Assembly: GCA_010405405.1 (NCBI GenBank)
Contig: MU004233.1
Span: 1,501,122-1,565,121, forward strand
Reading direction: 5' to 3'
From: Microthyrium microscopicum
Taxonomy: Eukaryota
DNA: 64,000 nucleotides
Shown piece by piece: positions 60,525 through 64,000 of the stretch. The notes below the pieces were generated by a model. The model was not told where the DNA came from and did not search any database. It saw only the letters and a program-made list of their open reading frames with translations. The number at the start of each line of letters is the position of its first letter. Positions within the stretch are counted from its first letter, which is position 1. The position numbers were made by a program, and so were the translations under genes.

Positions 60525-63500
60525 TCATCGGTGGTGTGCGCTAAAAGAGGAGGTAGCACTCGCGGATTCGTGATACTGTCTACTGGTGGGAGTGCCAGCA
60601 TCGCCGCTCATTGCTCTGCCGGAAAGTGGACTGCCATACTGAGGCAATGAGGGAGGGGTTGGGATGTTTGCTGGAAGTCGAAATTGCCCTGTTGACTCGG
60701 TCTTGAAGACACGTCCAGTGTCTAAGCGGCGAATCTCTGCCTTGCATGCTTGTAGTATGTTCCTCATTGTACGGAAGACGTCAGAGATAGGTGTAAGGTT
60801 ATTAAGGAGATTTATGGTTCGGTCGAGCATTTGGGCAAATTCTTCGACAGGAACAAGGGGCCGAAGCTTGTCGTTCAAGTATGATACTCCAAGTACAAGC
60901 ATGTTGCCGAATTGTCTAGTGAACATTAGATTCCGAGGTTTACCATCAAAGTAACAGACAACTTACGCAGTAACAGTGCCGTAGACGTTGGGCAACCTTG
61001 GTCTCTGGGGAAATGCTCTGTCAAATGCAATCGTACTCGACATTGCGCTCAAAATGCAACGCTTGCAGGAAACGCTGACATCACTTCCTGCATTGTAGAG
61101 ATCTTCTGCACTCATGTATTGGGCACTTGAGAGGTCGTAAATGTTCGGATCCCTGATTGCCTCGGTGAGTATTTTGCGATTGATCATGTATGCTGCTCCA
61201 TAGTACTTGGCTCGTAAACGCGCTGTAAGAATATCCGTCGATTGGTCATCACTGTCAGACCACTTAAAATGAGCCGGAAGCGAGTCACGCCACTGCTTGA
61301 CGGACTCCCAGGCATCGGCAGGCCGCATGTCCGCCCAGGTGAGTCCTTGTAATTGTTGTTTCTCCTCTTTAGTACCGTAAAGAGCCAAATGCGCTCGGTT
61401 GAGCAGCGTTCGAAGATATATCTGAGCGGCGAAATGGAACATGATGTCGTTGGTATCTAGATGTGAGATAAACATCTCATGGTTGCCATGGCTTGTTGAT
61501 CCAACAACGCCTGTTGGGGTCGCAACTCGTCTGCCATCAATTTCCACATAGTTAGGTAGCTGACTGCTGGGAAGCTTTTCCAGTTCTGCAAGGATGTCTC
61601 CTTCAAGCTGTTGTACTGACCAAAATGCGATGAGGAAGAGATCGGCTTCATTTCGTTCATGCTCTGAGCGACCAGCCCACCGCTCTTCACGTGGTTTGGG
61701 ATGTGAGGGCTTCACATCTTCAATGTCATTTGAATGGTCTTGCGGCACCTCAATCGTAATATCCAGTGGATTGAAGCGATGAAGCATCTCGATAACATCA
61801 TTGGCGGCCTTGTGGATGTAATCCGCGCTGAGAAGCATGTGTCCAATCTGGCCCCAATACAAGCCGGCCAGTATGTATGCTTGAATGGTCATGAGATCTC
61901 GCCTTCCCCAGAACTCGGAAAGAATTGTGATTGCTTTGGCATAATAGGCAAGCCCTGGATATTTACTGACGTTTGGTGTCGGCGTATCTGGAGGAGGGTT
62001 CATGATTGTTGCCGGAAATCGTGGACTAGCATGACTGCTCGCAGAGCGAGGAGTTCCAGTTGAAGTTCGAAATCTTGGAGAAGATGCCTGCGACATGTTG
62101 TCGCTGTTGCTCGGAGGCTCCGGTCCTCCTGCAACATCTTTAATGTCTTCACGCATAAGAAAATCTTCATGCTCACTGAGCTTTCCAAGAGCAAGGACCA
62201 GCAAAACAAGAGCATTGTTGAGAGAGTGCTCTATGGCTCTTTTGGGGTCAGCCGATTCTCCTGGGTCAGAATCTTCCATCTGGGAGTGGGATCTTTTCAT
62301 GCCTCCATAGGTTGGAGACATTGCGGATTGCGGCGGCTGTGGAGGAGTATATGGTTTGCTATCAGGAGGGCCGTATCGATGTATAAAAGTCGCAACTTGA
62401 GACTTCAACTTTGCAGCGTGGAAGATGGGGTATGTTACCCACACATTCCGCATGTAACTATCATGTAGTCGTTTGACAGTACTCTCATCAAGTCGTAAGG
62501 AACCATTTGGGTTTGCACCACCTTTGTTGAATGCGTCTAGTCTCAACAACTTGCTGAAGCCATCGTTGTAGACTTTGTCATGCTCTGCTTGCTCGTAAGT
62601 ATCCTGAAATACCTGATCTTGACCAGACCAGCCGAAACCATATAGTCGCGGTACTCCTCGCGCGATTTCCAAGTCGTAAGGATATTTTTCGTCCTTCACT
62701 TCAGCCTGGTCAAACCATACTCGGATTCGTGGAATCTGGATTAAATGCTGAGCGCCAGTTATGTGAACTCCCGGTGCTTGTTCTTTAACCTGGCCATCGT
62801 CCACCGAAACTGAAGCAAGTCGAGTCTCCAGAGCATGTCGCACAGGAGATGCACTCACTGCTCTCCTGTCAACCGATTGGAGGTTAAGAATTTCTACGAG
62901 TGCTGATCTCATCATGTCCGGAAATGATTCTTTGAGAGCCTTGACTTCGTCTTGTAGCGCCTTGATTTCATCTTGTACGACAAGAAAGTTCTTGTCCAAT
63001 CTGAGGAACTTTTAGTCAAGTCACGGAAATGTCTGCATCATACATACTTTGGAGGTGCCACATTCCGATACTCACAAGTAATATTTTCCTGCTGACAATA
63101 GCTACAAGCTGGAAAATTCTCGTCACACTTCTGTTTTCGATGTCTACAATTATTGCACGCCTAAGCCGAGGTTAGCCTCATATCGCTTTCTAAATGATGC
63201 AAAACTGACCACATGCGCCCTCGTGTGCTTCTTCGCCGGATTTCCTCGCGGAGGTCTCCAGTTTGGATCATTTGGATGATACATTCCCGGAGGAGGATAA
63301 CTGGCATGCTGTTGATATCCTGGCGGTGGGGGCTGAACGAATTGCTGTTGTGCTGACTGAACAGGATGGTATCCTGGCGGAGGAACGCCATTTGGACCAC
63401 GCAATGGAGTAGATGATCCATTGACTGGTGCTTCCAACGGTGGTCCATATGCTGATAAAGGAGCTTGTGGCTGCTCCATTCCAGGATGATGTTCCATAAC

Positions 63501-63992
63501 TGGAGGTGCGCCGGCAGGCGCAGTCTGCTGTCGTTCAGTTCCAGAGCTTGAAGGCCGGCTATGAGGTGGACCAGATTGGATACCTCGAGAGTGGGATGTT
63601 CCTAACGGTCCATAGCCTGGTCGGGCCTCTCCGGGAGGGAGATAGCCACTAGCAGGAGGAGCGGATGCCGAGTGTCCTGGAGATGGTAGAAGAGGTCCAG
63701 AGGGAGGGGGAAGAGTTGCTGATAGAGGGCCTTGATGGGGGATGGCCACGGATATTGGCGCACCACGCGAGATAGAAGCTTGCTGTGGTGGATAAGAGTC
63801 GGGGTGAGGCTGATATGCGATGGAAGAACCAGATGCAGATACAGGTGCAGGTACAGCAGCAAGCGTTCCAGGCGCTTGGGGCGGAGGGTGAGGTGGGTGA
63901 GCAAGTGAATGAAGTGGAGACGGGCGAGTAGATGTAAGAGGATGGGCGTCCAAGTCCAGGCGGGGACGTTTTGTCTCAAGATCACGGCCCAT
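60525..63992 (-). CDS. Zn(II)2Cys6 fungal transcription factor
   Basis: A spliced exon at ~63161-63049 encodes ACNNCRHRKQKCDENFPACSYCQQENITCEY. Pro-rich N-terminus and fungal TF middle homology region (ALVLLVLALG, ARLRAKYYGA, QFGNMLVL). The 5' end may extend past the window. Confidence 0.9.
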
Positions 63993-64000
63993 GGTTACTA

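Noticed and set aside
1..64000. Transposons, CRISPR arrays, rRNA, secondary-metabolite backbone genes
   Set aside because: I saw no transposase, RT or integrase motifs, terminal repeats, RIP-like AT-rich blocks, repeat-spacer arrays, or PKS/NRPS genes. Most remaining track ORFs are antisense or alternate-frame shadows of real genes.

Overview
Eukaryotic, intron-containing DNA from a filamentous ascomycete (Pezizomycotina; GT-AG introns with CTRAC branch sites). Conserved housekeeping genes (VTC4, OST1, PHB2, VAC7, FCP1, a Zn2Cys6 transcription factor) alternate with accessory islands. Main observations: (1) a compact cluster of a coiled-coil protein with a GrpE-like C-terminal head, a tail-anchored TRAFAC GTPase and an HSPA12-like Hsp70, next to a BCS1-like AAA gene. 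The first three promoters carry a shared 15-bp element, CTCAGCCTGATGAAC. (2) An unannotated, highly structured, probably Pol III-transcribed RNA at ~21.18-21.41 kb (TATA, A box, T5, B box, two pre-miRNA-like hairpins). (3) A tandem array of four diverged orphan paralogues with a conserved HMG-site-like upstream element and splice signals embedded in coding sequence. (4) Four BTB/POZ paralogues with a shared Cys/His C-terminus, interrupted by an AA9 LPMO gene. (5) Two small secreted proteins that the ORF track misses or misreads because they are spliced: an 8-Cys peptide and a standalone CBM5/12 chitin-binding protein. Exon boundaries were read by eye and no database searches were run.
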